The notes: generated by a model not told the origin, from the sequence alone. A stretch of DNA of 64,000 nucleotides from Candidatus Woesearchaeota archaeon (GCA_964514585.1 CAZETU010000001.1:178523-242522), one strand, 5' to 3'. Positions 19,705 to 29,178 are shown, counted from the first letter of the stretch. Translations and numbers: made by a program.

Positions 19705-19860
19705 TATATCACGTCTTTCTCTAAAATTAGAATAATCATTCACAAAATAAGACATTAATTCAACGGCATAATGAGAAACCATAGCAGACCCAAGCGTAAT
19801 AGCTCCAATCATGGCAGCACCCTCCATAATTTCCCAACCAGTAAGATTTTCCAAGGCCAT
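19678..19860 (-). CDS. Small membrane protein
   Basis: 60-aa ORF with one TM; overlaps the secE 3' end. Confidence 0.45.
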   Translation of the reverse strand: MALENLTGWEIMEGAAMIGAITLGSAMVSHYAVELMSYFVNDYSNFRERRDILKHHLHND

Positions 19861-19985
19861 ACCTCAATTAAAGAATTAAGCTTTATATTTACTTCCAACC
19901 TCAATCACCAAAATCTTTTTAAACCAACATTTTCTAATTTAAATATCTAATTCTTAGATTTTTAAGAATTAGCTGGAGCAAAATA

Positions 19986-20702
19986 ATGGCAATTGGTTAT
20001 GATGACGAATTTGACTATCTCGATGAAGAGAAAGATAGCAACGCAACCGAAGACGCTTTCGCCCCAAAAATCAAGGGATCAAAAAAACAATCCTTAATGC
20101 CAGAAGAATCAGCAAACGAAGAATCAGTTGAAGAACCAGAAGAAGAAAAGAAGTCCGAAAAAGATTTAACCGAAAGAGGGAAAGCCTTAGCTAGAGAAGA
20201 AGCTAAAGCAACAGAAGCCGCAAAACCAAAAAGAGAATTTGAAAATGTGATTTTTGTAGTAAAGGTTACAACAAACAAGGAAGACAAAGCCCTTGAAATG
20301 ATCGCTGACAAAGTTAAGAAGAAAAAAGTCGGAGTCTACGCACTTGCACGACCACACGGACTTCGAGGTTACGTATTCTTAGAATCCCCTGACCGAGAAC
20401 ACGCAGAAGAAGCAGTCTTCAACTTACCCTACGTCAAAGGAATCATCGGCAAGACAGTAACCTACGAAGAAATCAGACAAATGCTCGAGCCAGTCGCAGC
20501 AGACATAAAAATCGAAAAGAACGACATCATCGAAATCATCTCAGAACCTTTCAAGAACGAAAAAGCAAAAGTCGTCAGAATAGATAAAGCAAAGAACGAA
20601 TGTGTAGTCTCTCTACTTGGAGCAGCAGTCCCAATCCCAGTTACAGTAAAACTAGATAATATAAGAGTAATCAGAAGGGAGGAACTCGAAGACGAGGAAT
20701 AG
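19986..20702 (+). CDS. spt5: Transcription elongation factor Spt5 with acidic N-terminal extension
   Basis: NGN domain (LRGYVFLE) and KOW (IEIISEPFKNEKAKV). Confidence 0.95.
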   Translation: MAIGYDDEFDYLDEEKDSNATEDAFAPKIKGSKKQSLMPEESANEESVEEPEEEKKSEKDLTERGKALAREEAKATEAAKPKREFENVIFVVKVTTNKEDKALEMIADKVKKKKVGVYALARPHGLRGYVFLESPDREHAEEAVFNLPYVKGIIGKTVTYEEIRQMLEPVAADIKIEKNDIIEIISEPFKNEKAKVVRIDKAKNECVVSLLGAAVPIPVTVKLDNIRVIRREELEDEE

Positions 20703-20744
20703 TTTTAGCTAAAAGCTTAAAAACTAACCTTTCAAAAAAATACA

Positions 20745-21398
20745 ATGGCATTAATCAAACTTTTAGTTGAAGGCGGAAATATGACCCCAGGACCAGCGGT
20801 CGCTCAACAGCTAGGACCAATGGGAATCAACATGGGACAAGTTATTTCCGACGTAAACACAGCAACATCAGGGTTTAAAGGCGTCACAGTTCCAGTCCAC
20901 TTAAACGTAGATCCAGCAACAAAGGAAGTCTCAATCAAAGTATTATCCCCACCAACTTCAGAATTAATCAAAAAAGAATTAGGAATCGAAAAAGCCTCCG
21001 GCGCAAGATTAAAACAACGAGTAGGAAATTTCGCAATTGAACAAGTAATCGGTGTATCAAAAGCAAAACACGCCAGCATGCTTTCAAACGAGTTCGTCTC
21101 AACTGTAAAATCAGTCATCGGAACTTGCCAAGCTCTAGGTGTATTAGTTGAAAGCAAAGAAGCCCCAGAAGTATTACAAGAAATCGAAGAAGGAAAATAT
21201 AAAGAAGAAATCGAAGCCCAGAAAACTGATATTGATCCAGAAAAACAAAAAGAATTAGATTCATACTTTGCAGGAATTGCAGAGGAACAAGAAGCAGTAA
21301 AGAAGGCCGAGGAAGCTGAAAAGGCAGCCGAAGAAGAAAAGAAAGCCGAAGAAGCAACAGCAACCCCAGAAGCCGAAACAGAAGAAAAGAAAGAATAA
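20745..21398 (+). CDS. rpl11: Ribosomal protein L11 (uL11)
   Basis: PGPAVAQQLGPMGIN, SPPTSELIKKE, GTCQALG; acidic C-terminal tail. Confidence 0.96.
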   Translation: MALIKLLVEGGNMTPGPAVAQQLGPMGINMGQVISDVNTATSGFKGVTVPVHLNVDPATKEVSIKVLSPPTSELIKKELGIEKASGARLKQRVGNFAIEQVIGVSKAKHASMLSNEFVSTVKSVIGTCQALGVLVESKEAPEVLQEIEEGKYKEEIEAQKTDIDPEKQKELDSYFAGIAEEQEAVKKAEEAEKAAEEEKKAEEATATPEAETEEKKE

Positions 21399-21430
21399 CT
21401 TTATTAATTAAACAATCACCTCATAATCGT

Positions 21431-21503
21431 GGGGCCATGGTCTAGCCTGGTATGATTCGAGGTTTGGGACTTCGCGACCGCAGTTCAAATCTGCGTGGCC
21501 CCA
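21431..21503 (+). tRNA. tRNA-Pro(UGG)
   Basis: Acceptor GGGGCCA/TGGCCCC, anticodon arm CGAGG-TTTGGGA-CTTCG, T arm CGCAG-TTCAAAT-CTGCG. Confidence 0.95.
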
Positions 21504-21549
21504 TTCAAATTCAGAGAAAAGCCCCATTCACTAAAATAACAAAACAAAA

Positions 21550-21765
21550 ATGGCAGTAAAGAAGAAGAAAATCGGAAGCGCAGGAAGATTCGGCGCAGGA
21601 TATGGTAAGGTAAAAACCAAACTTATAGCTGTAGAAGCAAAACAGCGAACAAAACAAGATTGCCCATTCTGTAAAGGCAGAGCGAAAAGACAAGCTAGGT
21701 CAATTTGGCTATGCTCAAAATGCGGAAAGAAATTTGCAGGAGGAACCTTCCACCTAAAGGACTAA
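21550..21765 (+). CDS. rpl37ae: Ribosomal protein L37ae
   Basis: AGRFGAGYG, CPFC...WLCSKC, FAGG. Confidence 0.95.
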   Translation: MAVKKKKIGSAGRFGAGYGKVKTKLIAVEAKQRTKQDCPFCKGRAKRQARSIWLCSKCGKKFAGGTFHLKD

Positions 21766-21789
21766 AAACCCTTCTGGATATAAAATAAT

Positions 21790-21927
21790 ATGGCAGGATA
21801 CAAATGTTTTCATTGTGGAAAAAAACTCAAGTCGGACGACTTAAACAAACGTTTTGTCTGTCCAGATTGCGGCTCAAGAATTTTCTACAAACCACGAACT
21901 AAAATGAAAACAGTAAAATCAGATTAA
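21790..21927 (+). CDS. rpoP: RNA polymerase subunit P (not in ORF track)
   Basis: Manual translation MAGYKCFHCGKKLKSDDLNKRFVCPDCGSRIFYKPRTKMKTVKSD; canonical position after rpl37ae. Confidence 0.92.
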   Translation: MAGYKCFHCGKKLKSDDLNKRFVCPDCGSRIFYKPRTKMKTVKSD

Positions 21928-22298
21928 TGGCAGAAGAACCAACGCAACCAGCAAATCCATTAGCAAACCTAGATGAGGCAACTCAAGCCAAAATCCAGGA
22001 ATTGCAAATGATGGAACAAGGCTTTCAGCAACTTTTAATGCAAAAGAATGCATTTTCTATGGAATCAAACGAAACAGATTTCATAATCAAAGAAGTTGAA
22101 AAAACATCTGGCGAAGTTTCAAGGATCATCGGAAACCAAGTTGTTATCAAAACAACAAAGGAAGAAATTCTAGAAGACATGAAAAACAAGAAAAAGCTAA
22201 TCGATACAAGAATGAAGCAAATCGACGAGCAAGAAAAAGAATTTTCCGAAAAGATCGAAAAAGTTCGTGAAGAAGTAATGAAAGCAATCCAGGGATAA
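21927..22298 (+). CDS. pfdB: Prefoldin beta subunit
   Basis: Coiled coil with central RIIGNQVVI hairpin; gene context. Confidence 0.85.
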   Translation: MAEEPTQPANPLANLDEATQAKIQELQMMEQGFQQLLMQKNAFSMESNETDFIIKEVEKTSGEVSRIIGNQVVIKTTKEEILEDMKNKKKLIDTRMKQIDEQEKEFSEKIEKVREEVMKAIQG

Positions 22299-22424
22299 TC
22301 CCACTTTTTATTATTACTTAATTTTCTTTATTTTTAACACGACGAGAGTCTATTCTTCCTCGATAAATCAACACAATTACTTCACTACATAAATATTTAA
22401 ATACTGACAATCTAAAAGATACAT

Positions 22425-22820
22425 ATGGCATTCAACCTATTCAAAAAAATTCGAGGCGGCGAAGAGGAATTCTCCCCAGAGTTCATAGAAATTGACTTAG
22501 AGAAAGAAAAATCCAATTCAAAGGTCTTAGTAAAAACATTCGTTCTAAAAGTCTATGAAGACATCAACCCAATCTTAAACGCTCTTCGAGAAGGCTACAC
22601 AATCGCAGTTATAGACATCAAAACATTAAAATCAAAAGACGTTGTCGAGTTAAAAAGAGCAATTTCAAAAATTAAGAAAACAGTAGAAGCACTTGAAGGA
22701 AAAATCGCAGGATTCGGAGAAAACGTTGTAATCGCAACACCTTCAAAAGTTTTCGACATTCAAAAAGGCGAAGCAGAATTCGTAGAAACCCCAAGATCTG
22801 ACGAACTCGAAAGATACTAA
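22425..22820 (+). CDS. sepF: Cell division protein SepF
   Basis: LREGYTIAVIDI, LKRAISKIKK, GKIAGFG..VIATP. Confidence 0.88.
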   Translation: MAFNLFKKIRGGEEEFSPEFIEIDLEKEKSNSKVLVKTFVLKVYEDINPILNALREGYTIAVIDIKTLKSKDVVELKRAISKIKKTVEALEGKIAGFGENVVIATPSKVFDIQKGEAEFVETPRSDELERY

Positions 22821-22861
22821 TTCTCCCTCAATTTTAAAAAGCATTCTTATCTAATATACCT

Positions 22862-23515
22862 ATGAAAACCCTATTCATAGAAACAAAACGAAAATTCAAA
22901 GATTCAGATATAAATCTATCCTTATTAGATAATCTAAAAGGCAAAACAATCTCGCTAGCAGCCACTATCCAATATATAGACCTCATCCCAAAAGTAAAAT
23001 CCTACTTAGAATCCAAGAACAAAAAAGTCATAATCAAAAAAGGAGCACATTACAAAGCCCACATCCTAGGCTGCAATTCATCAGCACTAGATAAATCAGC
23101 CGACACCCTTCTCGTAATCACCGACGGAAAATTCCACGCAATAAATAACGCAATCCAACTCCAAAAACCAATCCTAGTTTTCTCTGGCAAAACCCTAGAA
23201 AGAATCACCCAAAAAGAAATCGACGACCACAACAAAAAAACACTAACAAAAAAGAAAAAATTCCTAACAGCCGATAAAGTAGGATTATTAGTCTCATCAA
23301 AACACGGCCAACACGCTAAAAACATTAAAGCAATAAAAAAACAAATAGAAAAATTCGGCAAAAAAGCCTACATCTTTGAATCAAACAATATAGACACGTC
23401 AGAATTCGAGAACTTCCCCCAAATCAAAATGTGGATAAACACAGCATGCTTCGGTCTAGCAAGAGACGACATGCGAATCATAAACCTTTCAGATATATTA
23501 GAATTTATAAATTAA
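22862..23515 (+). CDS. dph2: Diphthamide synthesis protein Dph2-like, N-terminally short
   Basis: ATIQY, ILGC, DGKFHA, INTAC motifs; only 217 aa. Confidence 0.8.
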   Translation: MKTLFIETKRKFKDSDINLSLLDNLKGKTISLAATIQYIDLIPKVKSYLESKNKKVIIKKGAHYKAHILGCNSSALDKSADTLLVITDGKFHAINNAIQLQKPILVFSGKTLERITQKEIDDHNKKTLTKKKKFLTADKVGLLVSSKHGQHAKNIKAIKKQIEKFGKKAYIFESNNIDTSEFENFPQIKMWINTACFGLARDDMRIINLSDILEFIN

Positions 23516-23571
23516 GAAACGCCACAGCCATTTTGACTGGAAGTTTGTGTCTTTGGTGGGTGGATATTGAC

Positions 23572-24252
23572 TTAAGGAAGGTTAGACAATTCAACCCATA
23601 AAATTACGTCTGCAAGAATTCTGGAATCTTTAATTTGTAAGCCCGAAGCCTTTGCTATCTTTTTCATATCCTCAAGGCTATATGATTTTGATTTTAATCC
23701 ACTTTCTGAATAAAATATCTCATCAACTTCATTAATTTTAAAAATTTTAATTCCTACAGTTTTATACCAATTCTTTCTGTCCTCTAGGGTTCCTTTTAGA
23801 TATACACTTATGAAAATACTTTTCTTGGTCACTTGTGAAATTTGTTTTAAAGTTTGAACTTCGTCCTTAACATTCCCTAGGGTATTCCAAACACAAAGGC
23901 TAAAATCAAAATATTTTAAAGGAAACATTTTACTTATATCTTCCAAATCTCCTTGGAGAATTTTAACATTAGAAAAATTCTTTGCAACTCTTCTTGACTC
24001 TTTTAGCATAAGATGTGCATTATCTATTCCTATGAATTCCTTTACAAATGGAGCAATTTTTGGAATTAATCTTCCGATCCCAACTCCTGCCTCAAGAATT
24101 TGAGATTTTATATTTAGCTTAGTTCTTAACAGCCTCATTTCATCATTTATATATTTTTGATATTTTTTGGGATAATATTTAGGAATCAGTGCTTTGAATT
24201 CTCCTTGTTCAAAATCTTCTCCTTCAAAAAACTTTTCTTTCATTACTCCCAC
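23572..24252 (-). CDS. Class I SAM-dependent methyltransferase
   Basis: LEAGVGIGR motif I, FDFSLCVWNTLGN; AT-rich, lacks native skew. Confidence 0.85.
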   Translation of the reverse strand: MGVMKEKFFEGEDFEQGEFKALIPKYYPKKYQKYINDEMRLLRTKLNIKSQILEAGVGIGRLIPKIAPFVKEFIGIDNAHLMLKESRRVAKNFSNVKILQGDLEDISKMFPLKYFDFSLCVWNTLGNVKDEVQTLKQISQVTKKSIFISVYLKGTLEDRKNWYKTVGIKIFKINEVDEIFYSESGLKSKSYSLEDMKKIAKASGLQIKDSRILADVILWVELSNLP

Positions 24253-24377
24253 AAGCTTTCTAATTATAAAAAACTTATCCCCCTATCTATCACAAGTACG
24301 TGGTCGACAACACTTAAAACGTTCACCCATGGAAGTCACAAAAGTCATGGACGCCCCAACCGACTCCCAGTAAAAGT

Positions 24378-24467
24378 ACACAAGATAACGTACGAGATTC
24401 ACTCTCGGGAGTTATCCCTAAAAATTCTGCAGAATTTTCCCAACGATTTTTTCACCAGAAAAAATGT
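24378..24467. repeat. 90-nt three-hairpin structured intergenic repeat, copy B
   Basis: Ungapped 72/90 match to 32181-32270 with six compensatory base-pair changes. Confidence 0.85.
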
Positions 24468-24473
24468 TGATGT

Positions 24474-24842
24474 TTACACCTTCGCCATCGAGAACACAGT
24501 TTTCAGCGCAACAATAATCGTAGCAGGTACAAATAACACCAATAGCGATGTCAAAACATTCCTAAGAGCAGTCACAACATAATTATTCAAAGCAACATAT
24601 TTCAAAGGCTCAACTCCAAGCGCCCCAACAATAACCAAAGAAAGACTCGCTAACAAAAAAGTTTGAGAATTTTTATCGCCAACATTCATAAAACCAACGA
24701 TAAGACCAATAAGAACCAAAGCAGAATAAAACAGCCCACCAGCCTGCTCAAGCGATTTATTGAATAATCCAAAAACAATAGCCAAAACAACACCTGTCAA
24801 GAACGCATATGCCCCCAGCAAATTCTCTCTCGATTTCACCAT
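24474..24842 (-). CDS. Hypothetical four-TM membrane protein
   Basis: 122-aa hydrophobic ORF with native codon bias. Confidence 0.75.
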   Translation of the reverse strand: MVKSRENLLGAYAFLTGVVLAIVFGLFNKSLEQAGGLFYSALVLIGLIVGFMNVGDKNSQTFLLASLSLVIVGALGVEPLKYVALNNYVVTALRNVLTSLLVLFVPATIIVALKTVFSMAKV

Positions 24843-24951
24843 AATATTACATAATTCATAAATTTATAAACTTTCTCTTAACTAGCTCAAATCAATATTA
24901 TCCAAAAAGTATCGAAAAGTTTATAAAGTGACGTAATTCAATAATTACAAC

Positions 24952-26703
24952 ATGAAACAAAACAAATTCACAATTTTGGGGATTTTCGCAGTTTTACTTC
25001 TAACTTTAGGTTTGGTTAGCGCAACGACAAGTAGCGTTATGTCAATCGACAATTTAATTACCCCAACAAGTGTAGCAGAGAACGCAGGTTCTTTCACGTT
25101 CACTTTTAATATAACTTACACAGGAGCATCTTCAGACGCAAACATTTCTTTCGCAGATTCAATTGTTTCAACTTTCGGGACATTAGTAATCCCAAACGCA
25201 GAAAATATGGATGGTGTTGCATCTGAAACAAAAACAATTACAGGAACAGTATCAAACTTCGCAGATAAAGGCGGACAGGACTTAATAGTTACAATAAACG
25301 CAACAAAAGATTCAGCAAGAGACGATGAAACAAATTTCACAGTTTCAATTACTGACGTAACAACAGACGTATACGGATGTATGGACTCAAGCGCAAACAA
25401 CTACGACTCATCTGCAACAGTAGATGACGGATCGTGTACATACGACGACCCGAACTACAACTTCTGTGAAATTAACGGAAATGTAGGAGACTTAGAAATA
25501 GCAGACTTTGTAATAAACAACCTTGGAAGAGGAGAAGATGAAGAGTGGGAATTACTTGATGAAGTAGAAATCGAAGTAGAAATCGAAAACACACACAATA
25601 CAGACGATGTAGATGATGTATTAGTAGAAATCAAAATCATGCACAACGGAGAAGACGTTACAAGCGACTTCGATCTTGACAACGAAGAAGTAGACTTAGG
25701 AAGAATCAAAGACGACGAATCAGAAATAGCAATCTTCACAATTGACGAGGTCCCAGCAGATCTTGACGAAGGCGATTATAAATTATATATTAAAGCATAC
25801 TCAGAAAATGACGAAGATACGCAGTGTATAGCAGAATCAAATGACATGGACAAAGACACATATCAAGAAATCAAGATAAACAGAGAACACGATCCAGCAG
25901 TTGTTGTTAAAGAAGATATCTTAAAAGTCTCAGCTTCATGTGGAGACGAAAACGTAATGTTAGCTCTAAACGTATATAACTTAGGTTCAGATAAGGAAGA
26001 AAAGGTTTTGGTAACACTATCTAACTCACTCCTTGGAATAGATGAAAAGATAGTTATCGATGACTTAAAGTCAGGAAAAAGGAAAGAAGTAACATTCTTC
26101 TTCGACGTCCCAGCAGACTTAACAAAAGAAATCTATGACTTAGAAGTTATGACCTATTTCGACTACGACGATGACGAAGACGAAATGGACCTATTAGCTT
26201 ATGATGAAGATTCAGACGAAATTGACGAAGACTACTCAGTAAGATTAGAAGTTTTATCTTGCCAAGGTCCTTCACCAACAATTAACGTAGCTTTAGAATC
26301 TGAAATGACTCTAGGCGAAGAATTAGTAGTAAAAGCTAGGATAACAAACAACGGAGCAGAAAACGATTTCGCGTTCACTATTGTAAACTACGAATCATGG
26401 GCAGAACTTGTAAGTGTGAGCACACAGTCTACATCAATCAATAAAGGAGAATTCGAAGAAATCACAGTAACACTTATACCAAAAGAAGAAGGAGTCCATT
26501 CTTTCAATATCAACACGATATCTGACGGAGAAACATACACTCAGCCGGTATCAGTAAACGTCGCAGGAAGCCCAACAATCATCGAAGGAATCAGCGACCC
26601 AATCTTCTACATAATCATAGCAATCGTGGTAGTCTTAGTATTAATCCTTTTAACTTTGATTATAAGAGTTGCATCTAGAGGAAGCAAATCTTCAGCTTAT
26701 TAA
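24952..26703 (+). CDS. Acidic membrane-anchored surface (S-layer-associated) protein with Ig/CARDB-like domains
   Basis: Signal peptide, GCMDSSANNYDSSATVDDGSC repeat, beta-rich domains, C-terminal TM with basic residues. Confidence 0.75.
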   Translation: MKQNKFTILGIFAVLLLTLGLVSATTSSVMSIDNLITPTSVAENAGSFTFTFNITYTGASSDANISFADSIVSTFGTLVIPNAENMDGVASETKTITGTVSNFADKGGQDLIVTINATKDSARDDETNFTVSITDVTTDVYGCMDSSANNYDSSATVDDGSCTYDDPNYNFCEINGNVGDLEIADFVINNLGRGEDEEWELLDEVEIEVEIENTHNTDDVDDVLVEIKIMHNGEDVTSDFDLDNEEVDLGRIKDDESEIAIFTIDEVPADLDEGDYKLYIKAYSENDEDTQCIAESNDMDKDTYQEIKINREHDPAVVVKEDILKVSASCGDENVMLALNVYNLGSDKEEKVLVTLSNSLLGIDEKIVIDDLKSGKRKEVTFFFDVPADLTKEIYDLEVMTYFDYDDDEDEMDLLAYDEDSDEIDEDYSVRLEVLSCQGPSPTINVALESEMTLGEELVVKARITNNGAENDFAFTIVNYESWAELVSVSTQSTSINKGEFEEITVTLIPKEEGVHSFNINTISDGETYTQPVSVNVAGSPTIIEGISDPIFYIIIAIVVVLVLILLTLIIRVASRGSKSSAY

Positions 26704-26756
26704 TTCTCAAAAATCAAAGCACTAAAGTTTTTTAAACAACCTTTCAATGTAATTAT

Positions 26757-27314
26757 ATGGACAAAGAATCCAAAAAAATCATAGGATTATTCTCGAGATA
26801 CATCGTTATAATATTAGCAGGGCTCGGCAATTTATATTTGTTCTACAAAATTCTAACTCCAATCACAATAGTAGTTCTAAGATGGGCGATATCCATCTTC
26901 ACAACCCCCGTGTTCACAAATAATTTTATTTTCATCAAAGGTATAGCCATAATAGAAATCGTTCCAGCATGCATCGCAGGAGCCGCATTCTATCTATTGT
27001 TTATATTGATATTCTCAAGCGCAGATATAGAACCCATAAAAAGACTTTACGCAGCAATCACAGCATTTGCAATACTATTCGTGCTAAACATCCTAAGAAT
27101 ACTGCTACTAATCCCCATGATCAGACTCTCATATTTCGCAGTACTTCATTGGACATTCTGGCACCTTCTATCAACAGTATTCGTACTAGCAGCATGGTTC
27201 GCTGTCGTAAAAATATACAAGATCAAATCAATACCAGGTTACTCAGATTTGAAATATATGAAAAGCCTAATGCAATCCGGAAAAAAGACCAAACGAAAGA
27301 AAAAGAATAAGTAA
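26757..27314 (+). CDS. Archaeosortase/exosortase family protein
   Basis: Multi-TM; IEIVPAC (Cys), NILRI (Arg), LHWTFWH (His) catalytic triad pattern. Confidence 0.8.
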   Translation: MDKESKKIIGLFSRYIVIILAGLGNLYLFYKILTPITIVVLRWAISIFTTPVFTNNFIFIKGIAIIEIVPACIAGAAFYLLFILIFSSADIEPIKRLYAAITAFAILFVLNILRILLLIPMIRLSYFAVLHWTFWHLLSTVFVLAAWFAVVKIYKIKSIPGYSDLKYMKSLMQSGKKTKRKKKNK

Positions 27315-27746
27315 TCCTGCAATCAATATTCCCAAAGCAATAGCAACAAAACTTCTAAACCTGTCCAACTCCATCATCCACGCCACAGCTGCCCCAGTCC
27401 AAGCCCCAGTCCCCGGAAGTGGAATCGCAACGAAAAACATCAACGCAAGATAACCCCAATCATTCATCTTGAGTTTAATCTTCTCAGACTTATGATGAAC
27501 TTTGTTTAAGAATCGTCCAACGACAGCTCGATAAATCCTGTTTTTCATCAATAACTCATGCAAGAAATCTAAAAACAAAAAAACAAAAAATATCAATAAA
27601 ATATTTAATATCAACACAATAAGAAAATAAGGCCAAACAGAAATCTGATTCCTAACACAATATTCAACAATAACAGGAAGCCCACCTCTCAATTCAAAAA
27701 TCGGCAATATAGTCAGAAGAAGCCCAATTAAAATTTGAGTATCCAT
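27267..27746 (-). CDS. Small multi-drug export family membrane protein
   Basis: LPIFELRGGLP and FVAIPLPGTGAWTG. Confidence 0.88.
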   Translation of the reverse strand: MDTQILIGLLLTILPIFELRGGLPVIVEYCVRNQISVWPYFLIVLILNILLIFFVFLFLDFLHELLMKNRIYRAVVGRFLNKVHHKSEKIKLKMNDWGYLALMFFVAIPLPGTGAWTGAAVAWMMELDRFRSFVAIALGILIAGLLILFLSFGLFSGLH

Positions 27747-28432
27747 TATTTCTTTCCGCCAAAATCATCAAGAGTCTCAATCAAAAACTTCTCAACAGAG
27801 CTAATATCATTACAGTCATCAATATAAATTGTATAGCAATAAAGATTTTTTTCGTCTTGAGTTATTTTTGATTCATCACCTCTGTCCACAACAACCAAAG
27901 TCCTATCAGCAACAATCTCACACGTCGCATAAAGCCTCTCATTCTCTACAGCAACAAACTTATCAGTCGAAGCAACTTCCAAGGCTCCAACCCCAACACC
28001 TTCTCTCAAAAAAGCACCCAAATCAATCATCGCCCTAGATATTTCACCTCGACACTCATCAACTTCAGGGCTTATCGAAACAATTCCTCCATGCTTAAAC
28101 ATGTCAAAATTTCCCTCAACAGCAACGTCATTCTTTCTCGGATCTCCCCTCAAATAAATGTTATAGTTAAGGTTTGAACCATCTAATGCCGCAAATCTCC
28201 CGTGATAAATTCTCAAATTTTCATAATCCTCAATTCTCCAATCAGCGCCAACATATTCAAAACTCTTAAGGCTCCCCATATAAAAATACGGAACAAAAAA
28301 GCTAGCAAAAAGAATAATAACAATTACAAAAAACCAAAGAGCCTGCCTATTCTCGTTCTTTTTCACAGACTCTTTAACATCAGCATCACCTTCAGTAACA
28401 TTCTCTTTTTCAACTACTTCTTTCTTTGCCAT
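27746..28432 (-). CDS. Single-TM extracytoplasmic hypothetical protein
   Basis: N-terminal TM, Cys-containing ectodomain; stop overlaps the next start. Confidence 0.75.
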   Translation of the reverse strand: MAKKEVVEKENVTEGDADVKESVKKNENRQALWFFVIVIILFASFFVPYFYMGSLKSFEYVGADWRIEDYENLRIYHGRFAALDGSNLNYNIYLRGDPRKNDVAVEGNFDMFKHGGIVSISPEVDECRGEISRAMIDLGAFLREGVGVGALEVASTDKFVAVENERLYATCEIVADRTLVVVDRGDESKITQDEKNLYCYTIYIDDCNDISSVEKFLIETLDDFGGKK

Positions 28433-28441
28433 ATTCTAAAA

Positions 28442-29032
28442 TTAAAAATGTAAAACCTCATATAAAAATGCATCGGCTCCCTTTATATAATCACCGACGA
28501 TATAAACACAGTTACCATTCTGATAGACCATATCTTCATCACCCTCCTCAAAAATTATCAAATTACTATTGCAGTCCTTCACGGGCAAATCTCCGTTACA
28601 AAAACTCTCATTCAAATCCTCATCACTCCCATTAAACCCCTCTGGCATCACGCAGGCCTCCTGATACCTCAAAACATAATCAGCAATATTACTCAAAATT
28701 TCACTAACAGCTTGATTCGACCCAACAAAATAAATCGGTTGCCCAGTATATTGCCCGATATCATAAACTCCTTCAATCGAAACATTCTCAACTTCTGAAG
28801 GCAAATTTTGAAAACCAAAAACTCGTCCATCAAGAGCAGCCTTCCAAAGTCCATTTTCTCTATAAAAATCAATATCACCTTCAGTCACCTTCGATTTATC
28901 ATCATCATCGCCATTAAATAAAGAATATCCTAACGGAGCTATCACCAATAACCCAATCATAACGACTCCAATAATAATTTGATTCCGATGCCTTTTTTTA
29001 TCAATTTCCGCCTGCGTTTGAATTTTTCTCAT
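28442..29032 (-). CDS. Single-TM extracytoplasmic hypothetical protein, distant relative of neighbour
   Basis: Same architecture as 27746-28432. Confidence 0.75.
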   Translation of the reverse strand: MRKIQTQAEIDKKRHRNQIIIGVVMIGLLVIAPLGYSLFNGDDDDKSKVTEGDIDFYRENGLWKAALDGRVFGFQNLPSEVENVSIEGVYDIGQYTGQPIYFVGSNQAVSEILSNIADYVLRYQEACVMPEGFNGSDEDLNESFCNGDLPVKDCNSNLIIFEEGDEDMVYQNGNCVYIVGDYIKGADAFLYEVLHF

Positions 29033-29088
29033 GAATAACCATCGAAAAAAGACTTTAAAAAACTAACCTCAGCAAGAAATTCATAAGT

Positions 29089-29140
29089 CTAAAATAAAAA
29101 AAGCCCTTCAGGATCTTCCTTGCGGAAGACCCCGAAGGGC
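29089..29140 (-). terminator. 17-bp hairpin with GCAA tetraloop and U-tract after the S-layer gene
   Basis: Minus strand GCCCTTCGGGGTCTTCC-GCAA-GGAAGATCCTGAAGGGC (two G-U pairs) followed by T-rich run. Confidence 0.85.
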
Positions 29141-29178
29141 GAGTAAAAATAAAAAATAATAATTTTCTATGTATTGAT

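Noticed and set aside
23572-24252. Methyltransferase as a restriction-modification enzyme
   Set aside because: No DPPY/NPPY or PC catalytic motif and no partner nuclease; it looks like a small-molecule or RNA class I MTase.
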